Source: Eledone cirrhosa
Taxonomy: Eukaryota
Assembly (NCBI GenBank): GCA_964016885.1
Contig: OZ024741.1
Coordinates: 359,910,001-359,974,000, forward strand
DNA: 64,000 nt
Direction of reading: 5' to 3'
The notes beneath the pieces were generated by a model. It was not told where the DNA came from. It made no database searches and was given only the letters and a program-made list of their open reading frames with translations. Shown here in pieces: positions 40,655 to 53,987 of the stretch (positions are counted from its first letter, which is position 1; every line of letters starts with the position of its first letter). Made by a program: the position numbers and the translations under genes.

Positions 40655-43074
40655 ATATATATATACCAGAAAAAGACTGGATAAAGAGGACTGGAAAGCC
40701 ATCTAGAATAGGTTTGTTCGATCAGAGTTGACCTGGGGTTAAAAGACAAGTAAACAATTAAAAGCAGTTATTTTATCCCTTACTCATTTGTACAATCAAC
40801 ATAGTTCCATATAGATCTAATATTAAGTAAAACAGTGGAAACATTAATTCTTTAACTTCGATGGAAAAAACACAAACTGATCTAATTAAATATAGATGTC
40901 TAGTTGTGTATCATGACTGGCTTAGATTTGTATGAATTTAGTTATCTACCGACGTAGACTCAATAGAAGTTTGTTGCATAACGTCAAATGATTTCAATAC
41001 ATACATATACAAACAACAGTGGTAAACATAATTGTCAAACTACTTACCTCTGGAATACTTTGTTGCAGAAAATATAAGGTATCTTAATATCCGCAGTCTC
41101 GGTTTGAATGTTCGTGAGGTCTACACGCTACACCCTTACTATTTTTGTTTCTCTTTAACTACACTCCCCATCTCTACCTCATCTCATTCTCTTTCTTCCC
41201 CCCCCACTCTCTCTCTCCCTGTCAATATATCTATTACATCCACCCCTCGACTCATACACAACGCTTATCTGTTTTTGCCCACCCTCTTCACCCAAACACT
41301 TTCACTAACAGTTACGTTCAATCATCTATACTTTCTCTCTCTCTTCGGAGAGTCAGCTCGTTATTTTATATTTCCTCTTCGTCTTTTTCTATATCACTCG
41401 CACTCTCTGTCTCTTCTATGCTTTCTTTATTTCCTTTTGTTTGTCTCTTTCATTAACACTCTCAATATTCTACTGCATCTCTCTTTCACATGTTCAAAAC
41501 ACCAATGCAACAATTTAAAGTTTTTCTTTTTTTGTATGTAAGATCTTTTATTTACAGTTGTATAAAAATATAATAATATAATGCTTACAGTACGAAAACA
41601 CAAACTCATATAATATATACAAGTAAGTGCTAACATATTTTATGTAGAGTATCAAAAAAGCTTACTATAAGTAAATTTATTCTCTGAATATTTATACAAC
41701 AATATACGGAGCAACTAAGTCAATGCAGAAATGGGAATAGTTCTTTGATATAAACAAAACAAAACACAATCTAAGCAATGAAAAATGTCTAACATTTTAT
41801 AGGGAAGGGTATAAATTGTTTACATCGAATCCTGTATTAGACACCCACTTCTTTCACCAAGCCCGACAGAATTTCAACCCAGAACGTGAAGGAGATACCA
41901 CAACTGTTTGCAAGTAATAATACTGAGCATTTTATGTTTTTATTTGAAATCTAATAGGTGAAGTTCCCCCCAGGTGAATAAAATGTAGTGTGGTAAATAA
42001 ATATATACATATACACCAGAAGGCAGTTGTCTAGTGATTTTTGCGGCTCATTTTGCACTTTATTGATAATGTCAATTATTTTTGACTACGTGTAATTATG
42101 GCGGAGGGGTGTTTATAGTCTGATTGAGATTAACTCTCGACGCATCATACTGTCATTTATTTGATCGATTCCAGAGTGAAAGGCGAAAACAGAAATCAAG
42201 CGTAGAAATTCGAATGTAAAGAATGCAACTAAAACTCGCACGCGCACACGTACACACTATTTCAGTGCTCTACTATTTTAGCTATCTGCAACGACTAGCT
42301 GGTCAATAATCTGTGAGATTGATCTTCATTGAATATTATTGAAAGTCTGGTGCATCCAAATAACAAACCAATTATTCATCCAACCCAGAAAACCCAGAGC
42401 AGGCATCTGGGGATTTAATACTCCTGGTTAGCCTTATTTTGTGCACCTTCTCCCAGTCATGCGTCTCATTCTAAAAAAAGAAAGCAAAAATTCAATTTAC
42501 AGTTTGGTAAGCTGACTTTTTGTTTTATCCACACTAAGAAAATTACTAAGCCTGCATTTTCCACTACACAGTTCACATTCATCCATGCGAAATCATGTGA
42601 CCCCCTTCACTACTTACGATGTTTTTACAACGCTGCTACGTGGCAAATATGTTTAGTGATTTATTTATTGATATCAGCAAATTATTTATGCAAGATTTAT
42701 GAAACTTTGTTCCTTTAAGATTCAATATTGCGCCACGGGTAACAGCCTAGTAGGCCTAACGGTAGCGCCGGTTCTGCACTTACCCCACCACATACACAAA
42801 CAAATCGGGGTAATTTACAGAAATAAAACTTGATGAATTTTGTTTTATACCCCCTCCCCCACCATGTATATAGGAGAGTTCAATACACATACATATATGT
42901 TTTTCTTGCATAACTATCGTCTGGTGTCTCTGAAATGTACATAACGGCTGTTAGTCAATGAATTGAAGTATGGAAAAAGTAGAACTGCGTCTTCATATTC
43001 ATTATCACACACGCACGCACACTACAATCATAATAATACGCCATCTCTCTCTCTCTATATATATATATATATAC

Positions 43075-44340
43075 GGGGTAACAGATTATTGTTATAGGTA
43101 GTCCACTTAGGTGTAGTCCAGTTAGGGTACTCCGAGTAGTGGATGATATCAACGCTTGGCTAAGTTTGACTCAACATGGCGTTTCCATAGTGATGCTGCG
43201 AGTACACGGTGATTTCTATGTTGTTAACACTTGGAGTAATGATAAATCAGGAAAGAAGAGTGACACGGTTTGCTATACAAAAAAGGTTTTTAATCTCATT
43301 GCTGACAATTGTTTCTCTGAACTGGTAGGTCTAGAGATCGCTACCCGCTTGTTTTCACGTCATTCGATCACCAATACATAGTTGTAACCAGTCAATTCAT
43401 CAGAGCTTGCGAGAATGAAAGGAATATACAGGCATGGCTTCTATATATAGTAATGGCATTCAATCAGAACAATAACAACAATACTAACAATGCTAGCAAT
43501 AAATTATTTGAAATAATCACAACATCAATCTAAGTAAGAAACATAGTATATCTACGACTTTAGCGTGTAAAACTAGCTGACATGAGGCAGATGTATGAAA
43601 TTGACATGTAAAAGCTGTCATGGGGTGTATTATATATAGTGTAGAGATAAGCTTTAAACAATGTACATTTCCTTTACTGTAGGTTTGGTGACCGTAAGAA
43701 TTATTTATTATCTGACAGATGAAATATTTATCATTGTAGTGAGGATAGTAATATTTGTGGTGTGAGGTGGGTTCAATATTTATGTGGTCTATATTAGATG
43801 AAGGGATTGTTAGTTCGAATCATGGGGTTGTTTAGCTTTTAATCAATAACATACATGTATAAGATAACATTAACAGAGTAGCAATATAATAGGTAAGTAT
43901 GCAGAGGTTAAGGAGGCAATACACACATATATATATATATAAAGAGAAAACATGCTGACTACAATTATAACAGGAGGAAGGTGATGTTTTCCTGTGGTAG
44001 TATTCTGAAATGTTCTTGGATTTAGGTTCATTTGTTGAGAGTCAAGGGTGAGGAAGTTGTGTTGACAGCAGCTGAGAAGGGATATATTTATGGGTTGATA
44101 AGATACTACAGACATTACTGTGGTATAGAATTAGGAAGGCTAGAATTGACTTAATGATTATAGTTCTGTGGTGGTCCGTGCAATATAGTGGATATCCTAA
44201 GTTGAAAGCTAAGTTACGTCGGTTCGATTCACGGTGGCTTAAATCTTGTAAATTTAGTGGCGATCCTGTGTCTGCAGAAAATTGATCTTTCTAACTTGTT
44301 GTTGAGTAGCCTTTTTACATTCCTAAGGATATATAGTAAT

Positions 44341-44342
<2 letters not shown>
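43075..44342 (-). mobile_element. 5'-truncated PLE: ORF C-terminus, 3' region and pLTR; sister subfamily of 47268-50358
   Basis: Encodes LYILRNVKRLLNNKLERSIFCRHRIATKFTRFKPP*; downstream region homologous to 49437-50358; HHR at 43301-43406. Confidence 0.85.
43301..43406 (-). ncRNA. Type-I HHR with long stem II
   Basis: gct CTGATGA attgactggt...accagttcaga GAAA caattg TC agc. Confidence 0.72.
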
Positions 44343-44371
<29 letters not shown>

Positions 44372-44374
<3 letters not shown>

Positions 44375-46952
44375 GGAAAAGGTATGACCCCGACGGCAGA
44401 GCTCAAGCCGTTTCGACGGCTATTTCCGGACTAACTTAGAATTTTTAGCCTGGTAAATAAATAGCCGAACTTGTCAAGGAGTACTTCCTTATATGGGAAG
44501 ATTGTAGTTGTCAAGAGGATTGGTCAAAATTTATTGTAAACACAAATAAATCTATCATGGCATTTGGTGGGAGGTAGGGGTGGCTGAACTTGCCTGTAGA
44601 ACAATGAGGGAGTGGGTAAAGCCAGTCAGGCGTTGAAAGTGAAATCTATACAGCAGATTCTAAGGATAGTGTATGAAAAGTCGAAAAATTGTTCTGGAGA
44701 AAATGGAGTTTAAAGAATAGGTAAGTCAAATGAGAGTAGGAAACAATGAAAATAAAAAATATATATAAAATTAGATAGTGAGAAATGAATTAAAAAAAAA
44801 CAAAAAAAAACAGTAGAGTCTAGAAACAGCTGCTATAATTAGTAGGTGTTGCTTGTACGGCAAAGCTATAGAAAAGTTTAATAAGTTGAGAATGGAAAAT
44901 ACTAAATAAGAAATTGTAGAAAAGGGTAGTGAAAAATATAATGCAAACTTTTCAGGGGGTCTAACACAGCTGCTATAAATAGTTAGCAAAGCATAATCCG
45001 CCAATGCTATCTTACAATTACAGGTAAATAAGTTGAGAATAGAAAATACTAAATAAGAAATTTTGAAATTGTAGAATTGGAGTAGTAACAAAAAAGATAC
45101 CAAAATACAGGGGTCTAACGCATCTGCTATAAATAGTTTGTAAAGCGTAATCGGCCAATTCTATCTTAAAAATACAGGGGTGGGCGTACTGAGGCTGCAT
45201 CGGGGTAGGCGAAAGGGGAAAAACAGACGAGGAAGAAGATCGGGGGGTGGAAGGAAGTGATAGGATGAGACGGGGGGAAGAAGAAAACATAGAGGAAAAG
45301 AAAAGAGGTACGTCTACCTATGTAAGCTGGGGTTTCCCCTAACTTATTCGGCAAGTGGGGGGTATCAGCCCTTGTCTACCCACCCGGGTCGTTATGGGGT
45401 TTGAGGGCGAGGTAAGTCCTACGCAGTCTGTGTTTGCATGCGGTTACCAGTTCATCTTTCTTGTTTAGGAGTTGGTCCTTCGAAAACAGCATTTGTAATG
45501 TTTCCTCCGAGCATAAGTTACACGGACGGCGTCCTCCCGTGTAAGAGCTCCAAGTGAGATTGTAGGATATATTATTATCTTTGAGTAGGTCCCAGATGTG
45601 GCCCGAAAGTGTAGTGGCATGTCGCCGGACCGGGTTTCGGAAAGTATGTCGGTGTTGGTATAGCCGGGTCTTGAAGTCACAAGCGGTTAAACCTATATAA
45701 ACTTTGTTGGAGGTGTCTGTCCTCACGTTGCACTGGTAGATCACGTTACGTTCTCGGCATCTGTTGTTGAGGGGGCACATAGATCTATCAGGGCAGTTAC
45801 ACCTCCTGGTCGGCTCTCCACTGATGTCTAGGCTGTTTCTTCCATAGGGGTTGAGTTTTTTGTTGTTTGAGGAGACGATGTTTTGTGCGAAGTTAGGTGT
45901 GGTGCTGTAGGAGAGTTTGATGGTGTTTTTGTTGATTATGTTGTGGTAGCGGTGTTGCAGTGGGAAGTGTTTTTCGGGGAGCCTAAAGAAGATTTTCCCG
46001 ATAGGTGTTGCCACCTTGGCATTGTGGGAGGATTGAACCACGTTACGCTGCGTAAGCGGCGGTGTCGCCTGCTGGTTCCGCCAAGGGAAGCTGGATAAAA
46101 GGATATTTCCTCCCGGAAGCCACTCCGCTTGAGGGCCTGGTTGTAATGAGGCGCATGTTCGTCGAATATCTGCTCATTAGCGAACAAACGAGATATGCGG
46201 AGGGAGATGTTTTTAACCAGGTTATTGGTGATGTTTCTAGGATGGTTAGAACGGCGGTGGATGTAGTGCAGGTTGTCGTTTGGTTTCCTGTATGAGTAGT
46301 ACAGATTATTTTCGAGGTTAAGGGTAACATCCAGGAAATTTACAGTCCCGGAAGAAGCTGATTAGTTGTTTACGGACCCGGTCTGTACTACTGGGGTTGT
46401 ACCCTTTGAGGGTGAGAAGCCCATCATCTCGGTACAATCCACCGCCGAATGCAGGAAACATTTCAGTGAGTTTAAATAGTAGGAATAATCCTATAAGATC
46501 TGTGACGCCTGCATTTATTTATTTATTTTTTTTTATTCATTTCTCACTATCTAATTTTTTATATATTTTTTATTTTCATTGTCTCCTACTCTCATTTGAC
46601 TTACCTATTCTTTAAACTCCCCTCCATTTTCTCCAGAACAATTTTTCGACTTTTCATACACTATCCTTAGAATCTGCTGTATAGATTTCACTTTCAACGC
46701 CTGACTGGCTTTACCCACTCCCTCATTGTTCTATAGGCAAGTTCAGCCACCCCTACCTCCCACCAAATGCCATGATAGATTTATTTGTGTTTACAACAAA
46801 TTTTGACCAATCCTCTTGACAACTACAATCTTCCCATATAAGGAAGTACCCCTTGACAAGTTCGGCTATTTATTTACCAGGCTAAAGATTCTAATTTAGT
46901 CCAAAAATAGCCGTCGAAACGGCTTGAGCTCTGCCGTCGGGGTCATAACTTT
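44372..46952 (-). mobile_element. 5'-truncated Penelope-like element with inverted pLTRs, inserted in a (TC)n(TA)n/(TA)n(GA)n tract
   Basis: RT end (GGLYRDDGL ~46420-46445; NFLDVTL) and GIY-YIG region (CNCPDRSMCPL...VIYQC...YIGLT..FKTRLYQH...CNLC...CKH) 45376-46500; 44382-44800 is the reverse complement of ~46520-46948. Confidence 0.9.
46848..46943 (+). ncRNA. Type-I HHR with U3-A8 core variant (also 44387-44482 -, 54349-54443 +, 54760-54854 -)
   Basis: acccc TTGACAA g-ttcggctattt...aaatagccg-tc GAAA cggc ttgagctct gccg TC ggggt; all three stems pair; predicted GUC cleavage after 46938. Confidence 0.8.
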
Positions 46953-46954
46953 TG

Positions 46955-47062
<108 letters not shown>

Positions 47063-47267
47063 GAAAACGAAAAATCAGTGATGCATCTGAACTCAATTTA
47101 TTGTGTTACAATTGTTTCGCCGGCACCCAGCTCGAGACGCGATCATTGTGTGGATCTGTCTGATTCTGGACCCGCAGGTTTCACGGACACGTCTAATGAT
47201 TTCGGACCATATTCTCTCACTGGGGTATCTGACCCTCTGGGGTCAGATTTGAAAAAAACTTTGTGAT

Positions 47268-49436
47268 GTGACCATCTTAGAGCTGGACCTTATGAACATG
47301 ATAAGTGAAACTAAATTTAAAAAAAGAACAAATCACAACAAATTGCAAAATGACTTAAATACATTACTTAAAAAACTAAAAGACACTAACGGTATCATAG
47401 TAAAAGCAGACAAAACATCAAACGTATACTCTATGGACATTAACACATACAATAACTTTATTCAGCGTGAACTACATAAAAAATATAAAAAAACAAATGA
47501 ATCTACACTCACCAGCATAAACATGGAGGGCCTCAAGATAGTTAATAAACTCGGAATTTCAGATAGGACCGAACCGCTTACCCCGTGCAACCCTACATTT
47601 AACCTGAAAGATCACAAAAATAACTTTGAAACTAATCCCACCATTAGATTAATATGCCCATCCAAGTCAGACATAGGTAAAATTAGCAAAAACATTCTAG
47701 ATAGGGTAATCGCACAAATAAAGGGTAAACTAGAAATCAATTTATGGGGCAACACTAACGAGGCAATTAAATGGTTCAATAAAATACAAAATAGGGAGAC
47801 GTGTAACTTCATACAATTTGATATAGACGACTATTATGCATCCATATCCCCAGCTACCCTAGATAAGGCGCTTATATTTGCCCAAAATAACTCTGATCTT
47901 ACCCATGATGAAATTGAAATAATAATAGCGGCTAGAAGGACTATCGTAAAATTTGAAAATAACTACTGGGTAAGAAAGGATAGAATAAATAGCTTCGATA
48001 TTACAATGGGATCAAATGATTCTGCGCAAATTACAAATATCGTGGGGCTATTCATAGCACACAACCTACATAAGGAATTCAGTAACCTCCAAGGAGGAAT
48101 TTATAGGGACGACACGTTACTTATAGCTAGGAACCTAAACAACCAGAGCATGGAAAGACTAAGGAAAAATATTAGAATATTCTTCAAAAAACTAGGCCTA
48201 AGTATTACCTACGAACTAAACCATAAGAAGGTAAATTTTCTAGATGTAACTCTAAATCTAAATACTGGATTAATAGAACCTTTCCACAAAAATAATGAAA
48301 ATCTTGCCTACATTGGTTACAACTCAAATCACCCCAAATCCATAATTAAATCCATAGCACGTAGTATATCCCTCCGAATATCCCGCCTATCCTCAAACCT
48401 AGAAATCTTTAACAAGCATGCTGACTATTATAATGCAGCATTAAGTAGGGCCGGTCATAAAGATAAACTACAGTATATAGTGAATAAGGACAACATAAAC
48501 AATCCTAGTAATTTCTACTCCAACCGCTCACATAATAATAGGAATAGCTTGACTAGACATAGGGTTAGACATGTAACACCTGGGGTAAACGGCCAAAACA
48601 CTAATAACGTAAACCCTAGAAACAATAGAAGAAACAGACAAAGAAAATACCTATGGTTCAACCCAATATTCAACTCCTCTATAAAAACTAGACTGCCCTC
48701 TACATTCTTTAAACTAATAGATAAACACTTCCCTATCTCGCATAGATATCACAAAATACTCAATAGATCTACTATAAAACTCTCTTTCTCAACAGCAGCT
48801 AACATAGAATCACACATGCGCAAGATCAACCACAGAAATATCTCAAGTAAATCAATTGCACCTATACATAAGCACAAACTCATCACAACATCACAACCAC
48901 AAGCGCATACAAACGCGCAGCAGCAAAACCCCATTGGGCATATATCACAACCCACTTATAACAGGGTACTAAATAGGAATGTAAAAGCTGCACAAAATAG
49001 CGCCTCAAACTGCAACTGTCACCTCCCAGATAGGTGCCCATTGGCGAACAGATGTCTCGATTCGAGCCTGGTGTACATGTGCACTGTCATCTCGGGTAAC
49101 TCCACCTGGAATTACATAGGATCCATCGCGGGTTCTTTTAAGAAAAGATGGTATGTGCACAGGCACTCAATGAAAAACCGAGCACTTATGGGTTCCACCA
49201 CCCTCGCCAGAAAAATATGGGAATTGAAGGACAGCAACGCTAGCTACACTATCAACTGGTCGAAGTTGTTGGCTGCTAAAACCTATAGTACAGGGATGTC
49301 CTATTGCGGGCTGTGTGATCTTGAGCTATTGTATATCCTTAGAAATGTTAAAAGGCTACTTAATAATAAGTTAGAAAGATCTATCTTCTGCAGACATAGA
49401 ATAGCCACTAAATTCATAAGATTCAAACCTCCGTGA
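47268..49436 (+). CDS. Penelope-like element ORF: RT + C-terminal GIY-YIG endonuclease (722 aa open, N-terminus truncated); probably Hydra clade
   Basis: KADKT, PTIRLI, FIQFDIDDYY, FDITMGS, GIYRDD, VNFLDVTL, SNHP; linker CxCx5CPL; VYMC...YIGS..FKKRWYVH; CGLC...CRH. Confidence 0.92.
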   Translation: MTILELDLMNMISETKFKKRTNHNKLQNDLNTLLKKLKDTNGIIVKADKTSNVYSMDINTYNNFIQRELHKKYKKTNESTLTSINMEGLKIVNKLGISDRTEPLTPCNPTFNLKDHKNNFETNPTIRLICPSKSDIGKISKNILDRVIAQIKGKLEINLWGNTNEAIKWFNKIQNRETCNFIQFDIDDYYASISPATLDKALIFAQNNSDLTHDEIEIIIAARRTIVKFENNYWVRKDRINSFDITMGSNDSAQITNIVGLFIAHNLHKEFSNLQGGIYRDDTLLIARNLNNQSMERLRKNIRIFFKKLGLSITYELNHKKVNFLDVTLNLNTGLIEPFHKNNENLAYIGYNSNHPKSIIKSIARSISLRISRLSSNLEIFNKHADYYNAALSRAGHKDKLQYIVNKDNINNPSNFYSNRSHNNRNSLTRHRVRHVTPGVNGQNTNNVNPRNNRRNRQRKYLWFNPIFNSSIKTRLPSTFFKLIDKHFPISHRYHKILNRSTIKLSFSTAANIESHMRKINHRNISSKSIAPIHKHKLITTSQPQAHTNAQQQNPIGHISQPTYNRVLNRNVKAAQNSASNCNCHLPDRCPLANRCLDSSLVYMCTVISGNSTWNYIGSIAGSFKKRWYVHRHSMKNRALMGSTTLARKIWELKDSNASYTINWSKLLAAKTYSTGMSYCGLCDLELLYILRNVKRLLNNKLERSIFCRHRIATKFIRFKPP

Positions 49437-49764
49437 ATCGAACCAACATAACATAGCTTTAAATTAGGATACCTACTACCCACAGAAATATATTCATTAA
49501 GTATACTATTTCCTTCACAAGTCTATACCACACAATTGTCTGTAAATACCTCATCTACCAACAATCTTACTCCTTCTCAGCTGCTGCAATCATTTGATCC
49601 TAGATCCTAGTTTTTCTCATTTCACTACTACAATGTTACTTTACCTTCTTTTTGCCATAATTACAATTAGCACGCTTTTCTCTTTGCATGTATGTATATT
49701 TTTGTACGAGTGTATATTGATGTGTATGTATGTATCTATGTACACATATATGTGTATATATATT

Positions 49765-49834
<70 letters not shown>

Positions 49835-50188
49835 TAGATATATGCGTATATTAATTCGTTAACCTCTGTATTAACTCTACAACTATTGAGCTTTGACAGT
49901 GGTCCCACTCATGTATACTGTTGAAGATGAAGAGAAAGACTGTAAAAACTAGCTTATCTTTATAATTTAAAATTGATACACACTACGATACTTTTTGCCT
50001 TATGACAGCTGGTTTTCACGCCGTAACATTAGATACATTATATACCCCCCACCTAAGTAATGTCAGGGTCTCCTTAAATAGTTTATTGATAGCATTGTTG
50101 TAATAATTGTTGTTGTTATTGTTCTAATTGAATGCCATAACTACTCCATATTTTCTTTTCTTTTCTTGCCTGTGTATTTTCTTCATTC

Positions 50189-50307
50189 TCGCATGCTCCG
50201 AAGATCTGACTGGTTATAATTCTGTATTGGCGATCGAGTGACGCAAAATTAGGCGGATAGCGATCTCTAGACATACCAGTTCAGTGAAACAAATGTAAGC
50301 TATGTGA
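50189..50307 (+). ncRNA. Type-I HHR with C4 core variant and long stem II
   Basis: tcgcatgct CCGAAGA t-ctgactggt...accagttcag-t GAAA caaatg TA agc-t-atgtga. Confidence 0.7.
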
Positions 50308-50352
50308 TTAAAAACTTTTTTGTATAGCAAACCATGTAAACCTTCTTTCCTG

Positions 50353-50411
<59 letters not shown>

Positions 50412-50524
50412 AATAATGATGGCTGCGCGTTGCAAATGGTGGTGCATATGAAAAAGTAAGTGAAATTAAAGCGGTGAAATGCCTGGGACGGTTGGAGGGT
50501 CACTGATGAAGGACTTACTTTTTC

Positions 50525-50640
<116 letters not shown>

Positions 50641-50677
50641 TATTTAATCATAAAGTGAACAACACAATATATAACTA

Positions 50678-50747
50678 CTCCATTACCAAAGGTTTCAGGA
50701 CCCTAGACAATATTAATATACATCTAGATCGTTCATCAGACATAGAG
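50678..50747 (-). ncRNA. Type-I HHR inside a small fold-back element (50641-50845)
   Basis: ctctatgt CTGATGA acgatctaga...tctagggtcct GAAA cctttgg TA atggag; flanked by inverted repeat 50641-50668 / 50756-50783. Confidence 0.68.
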
Positions 50748-50899
50748 GTTATCTAATTGTGTTGTTTACTTTATGATTAAATAGCTCTGTTCTATACATA
50801 GAGCACTCTTTTTTCCTTTGATTTTTCTTCGGAAATATCTAACATATATATATATATTATATTATTTCATAAATTAATTCATTAATTCGACTTTCACTT

Positions 50900-51710
50900 G
50901 ATAGGTTTGATGCGGTGTGTTGCATGGCTGGAATAAAAATCGGTGCTGCGGAAACTGAGATGCTCGTCTTCTCAAGGAAGCCTGCGCAGTGCACTCTACA
51001 TGTGAATGGAGTTCCACTGAAGCAGGTAGAGAAGTTCAAGTATCTCTGGGCCGTGTTCGTGAGTGATGGAAGGCAGGAAGCTGAATTAAGTGCAAGAATT
51101 ACAGGAGCTGATGCAAGAATGCGCCAGCTTCAGCATTCAGTAATCAGAGGAGGGAAGTAGGCGTAAAAGCCAAACTCGCTGTCTTCAATTCGGTTTTCGT
51201 CCCAACCCTTACCTATGGTCATGAATCTTGAGCAATGACTGAAAGAATATGATCGCGAGTACAAGCAGCTGAAATGGAGTTCCTCAGAAGGCTCTTTGGA
51301 GTAACGTTACTCGATAAAGTGCGTAACTCAGATATCAGAGAGTCACTCCAGGTAGAGCCGCTACTTCTTCGAATTGGGAGATCACAACTCCGATACAATA
51401 GTCATGTGGTTAGAATGTGTCAGGAAAGAATCTCTGGACAGATTTTACGGGCGAAACCAACATGTAGGAGACCCAGGGCAGACCCTTAACAAGATGGTTG
51501 GATAACATCCATGAGCTTGGCTGGTCTCACTTGGGGATCCAGCCGGATCAGTTGGAGACGGTTGCTTCTTACAGGATCCACAGGAGGGAGTGTTTGAGGA
51601 CTCTGTCTCCACGACCCCTCAGGAAGAAGAAGAAGAAGAAGAAGTAGAAGAAGAAGAAGAAGAAGAAGAAGAAGAAGAAGAAGAAGCAGAAGAAGAAGAA
51701 GAAGAAGAAG

Positions 51711-51740
<30 letters not shown>
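50900..51740 (+). mobile_element. RTE (Expander-like) LINE 3' fragment with long (GAA)n tail
   Basis: PLKQVEKFKYL, PTLTYGHES*, EMEFLRRLFGVTLLDKVRNSDIRESLQVEPLL..SQLRY, RRPRAD; (GAA)n 51623-51740. Confidence 0.82.
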
Positions 51741-51741
<1 letters not shown>

Positions 51742-51986
51742 TATAGAGGTATTTATTTACGCTTTAATTTATATTTTTAATTATCGTGTCTATAGTCTGC
51801 CTTTCATAGGTTATAGATTCCATAGACTGGTGGTTTTTTCCCGGTATTATTGATAACGCACTATATATCTCTCTCTGGTGTGTTACCTTTTCAACATATT
51901 GTATTTTAAAGAGCTCAGGATCTCTTCTCCTTTGAGCACATTATTTACAGGGAATAGCGAGGGCCTATGCCTCCGTTAATTTATCG

Positions 51987-52030
<44 letters not shown>

Positions 52031-52379
52031 ACCATAATAACACACCACATCTCCATCAGTAACTCTTTAAAATTTACACTCACGAACAAGCACATGCATG
52101 CCCACACATACACAAAATGCGTTTCATGTGCAAACGCAGTGATACGTATCCAAAATCAGACACAGACACTCGATAAATATATGTATATATTAAATACACA
52201 CACATCTATGACGTGATAATGAATGGAGAAAGGGACTGTGAAAGAGTATGGAAAAGATAGGAAGCAGCATTCTAAGATATGTGAGTGAGTGTATATGCAT
52301 ATATATGTTTATATTTACATACACACATACATACCCACATGCACGCGCGCGCATACACATATGTAATATATATCACTCT

Positions 52380-53190
52380 AGGCCAGCAAAGGCGAAACAA
52401 TACAGAGCCCGAAGAACAATCTGGTTCATGCCTCTCTTATTACGGAACGTCAAGACAAAAACCGACAGAACATTCCTACCCCTAATAGATAAACTTTTTC
52501 CACCTATCCACCCTTACAGGAAACTATGTAACAAACACAACCTGAAAGTCAGTTTTAGCACAATGCCCAACTTTAAACCAAGTATTACCAGTAAGCCACC
52601 ACTACCCAATATCGTTGGATGTTCATGTGGGATTAGAAATGTCTGCCCTCTATTTGAGGAATGTAAGACAGAGGCCTTAGTCGACATGGCAACAGGGAAA
52701 TCGTCAAACCCAGACCGTACCACCAATCTCAAGCGGTACATCGGCCTTACGGAACGACAGTTTAAAGAATGCTACAACAACCATGGGAGGTCGTTTCGTA
52801 AAAGAGAGAAAAAGCCCATGACCAATCTTTCCAGCTATATATGGAGCTGAAAGAGGGCGCTACTGATTACAACGTCAGCTGGAGGATAGTAGTAAAATGT
52901 AAACCCTACACTAATGATCCTAAGAAGTGCGGGCTTTGCAACACTTGGAGATGGGTCATATGGAAACATTCACTAGATCCAAACTCATGCCTCAACTCGA
53001 GGAACGAGATATATGAGCCATGCCCGCATTAAACAAAATATATTCTCCGTTTTTGGCCACCAAATATCCATACATCCACCAGTCCTCACGGATAACATGA
53101 TCCAAGATCATTGGGCAACCATCATAACTACTTCGGAAATTGAATAATAAATAACACTCCAGATTAAATAGTCTGTGGGAATATTTTGCC
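52380..53190 (+). mobile_element. PLE 3' fragment (GIY-YIG region)
   Basis: IWFMP...LIDKLFP..HPY.K..N.HNLKVSFS; CSCGIRNVCPL; YIGLTERQFKECYNNH; KCGLC...CPH. Confidence 0.85.
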
Positions 53191-53295
53191 TCTCACGCAC
53201 TAATCACCAGGCATATGTGTGTATGCGTGCGTGTGTGTGTACGTGTGTGAATGCGTGCACGCGTGTGTGTGTATGTGCAGCCGATGTGTACCATC

Positions 53296-53686
53296 AAGTT
53301 ATATCTGTATATACAAAGTGGGTAACCAAAACTGCACCAATTTATATTTAAATACACACATGTTTAATATGTAGGCATCTAAACATGCCAGAAAATACGA
53401 ATTTCCTTGTAAATTGAAAAATATGGTAAACACCTTTAATTGATTTTCGGATCTAGTTGGACCTTCATCAAAAGTTATGTACAGCATCTAAACAACTACG
53501 AGAAAACACGCATTTGATGGGCTAATATATCCATTCGCTCTATAGTACTTGTCCGAAATGGGTGTACTAATTTGCATATAAGTAGCCCTCATGCTGGTAG
53601 TTAATTACGATTTGTAGATATATATTAAGAAGTGCGCTAACAGTCGAAGTGAACGTTAAAGTTATATCTGTATATATACAGATATA

Positions 53687-53691
<5 letters not shown>
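53296..53691 (-). mobile_element. 363-bp pLTR/retrozyme-like monomer with terminal direct repeat and degenerate HHR (53431-53477)
   Basis: aagttatatctgtatata at 53296 and 53659; ctt TTGATGA a-ggtccaactagatcc GAAA atcaat TA aag; terminal hairpin 53657-53692. Confidence 0.6.
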
Positions 53692-53765
<74 letters not shown>

Positions 53766-53952
53766 GTTTGAATATGTGTAATAAAGCCAAAACAATGCAG
53801 GTATGGACATATAAAAAAGAATGCAATTGTAAAAGATATTGTTGACAATTCGTCCTTTACCTTAGATTTATTTAAATGTCCTTAATTTTCGAGATAATAT
53901 CTCTTCTTGGCTTGGCAAGATATTTAGAACGCTGGTTTGAGACCTTTATTTC

Positions 53953-53987
53953 CCTCAGAAGAAGAGATATTATCTCGAAAATTAAGG
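53953..53987 (+). ncRNA. Minimal HHR-like motif with A4 core, in an inverted-repeat element (53760-54150)
   Basis: cct CAGAAGA a gagat-att-atctc GAAA at TA agg; 53760-53907 is the reverse complement of 53960-54107. Confidence 0.55.

Larger units (their letters stand above)
47268..50358 (+). mobile_element. Penelope-like element including 3' region/pLTR, ending in (TA)n
   Basis: ORF above; 3' region homologous to 43240-44220; HHR at 50189-50307; 3' end abuts (TA)n at 50355. Confidence 0.88.

Noticed and set aside
41032-41541. 169-aa ORF
   Set aside because: CT-rich low-complexity sequence with no domain signal.
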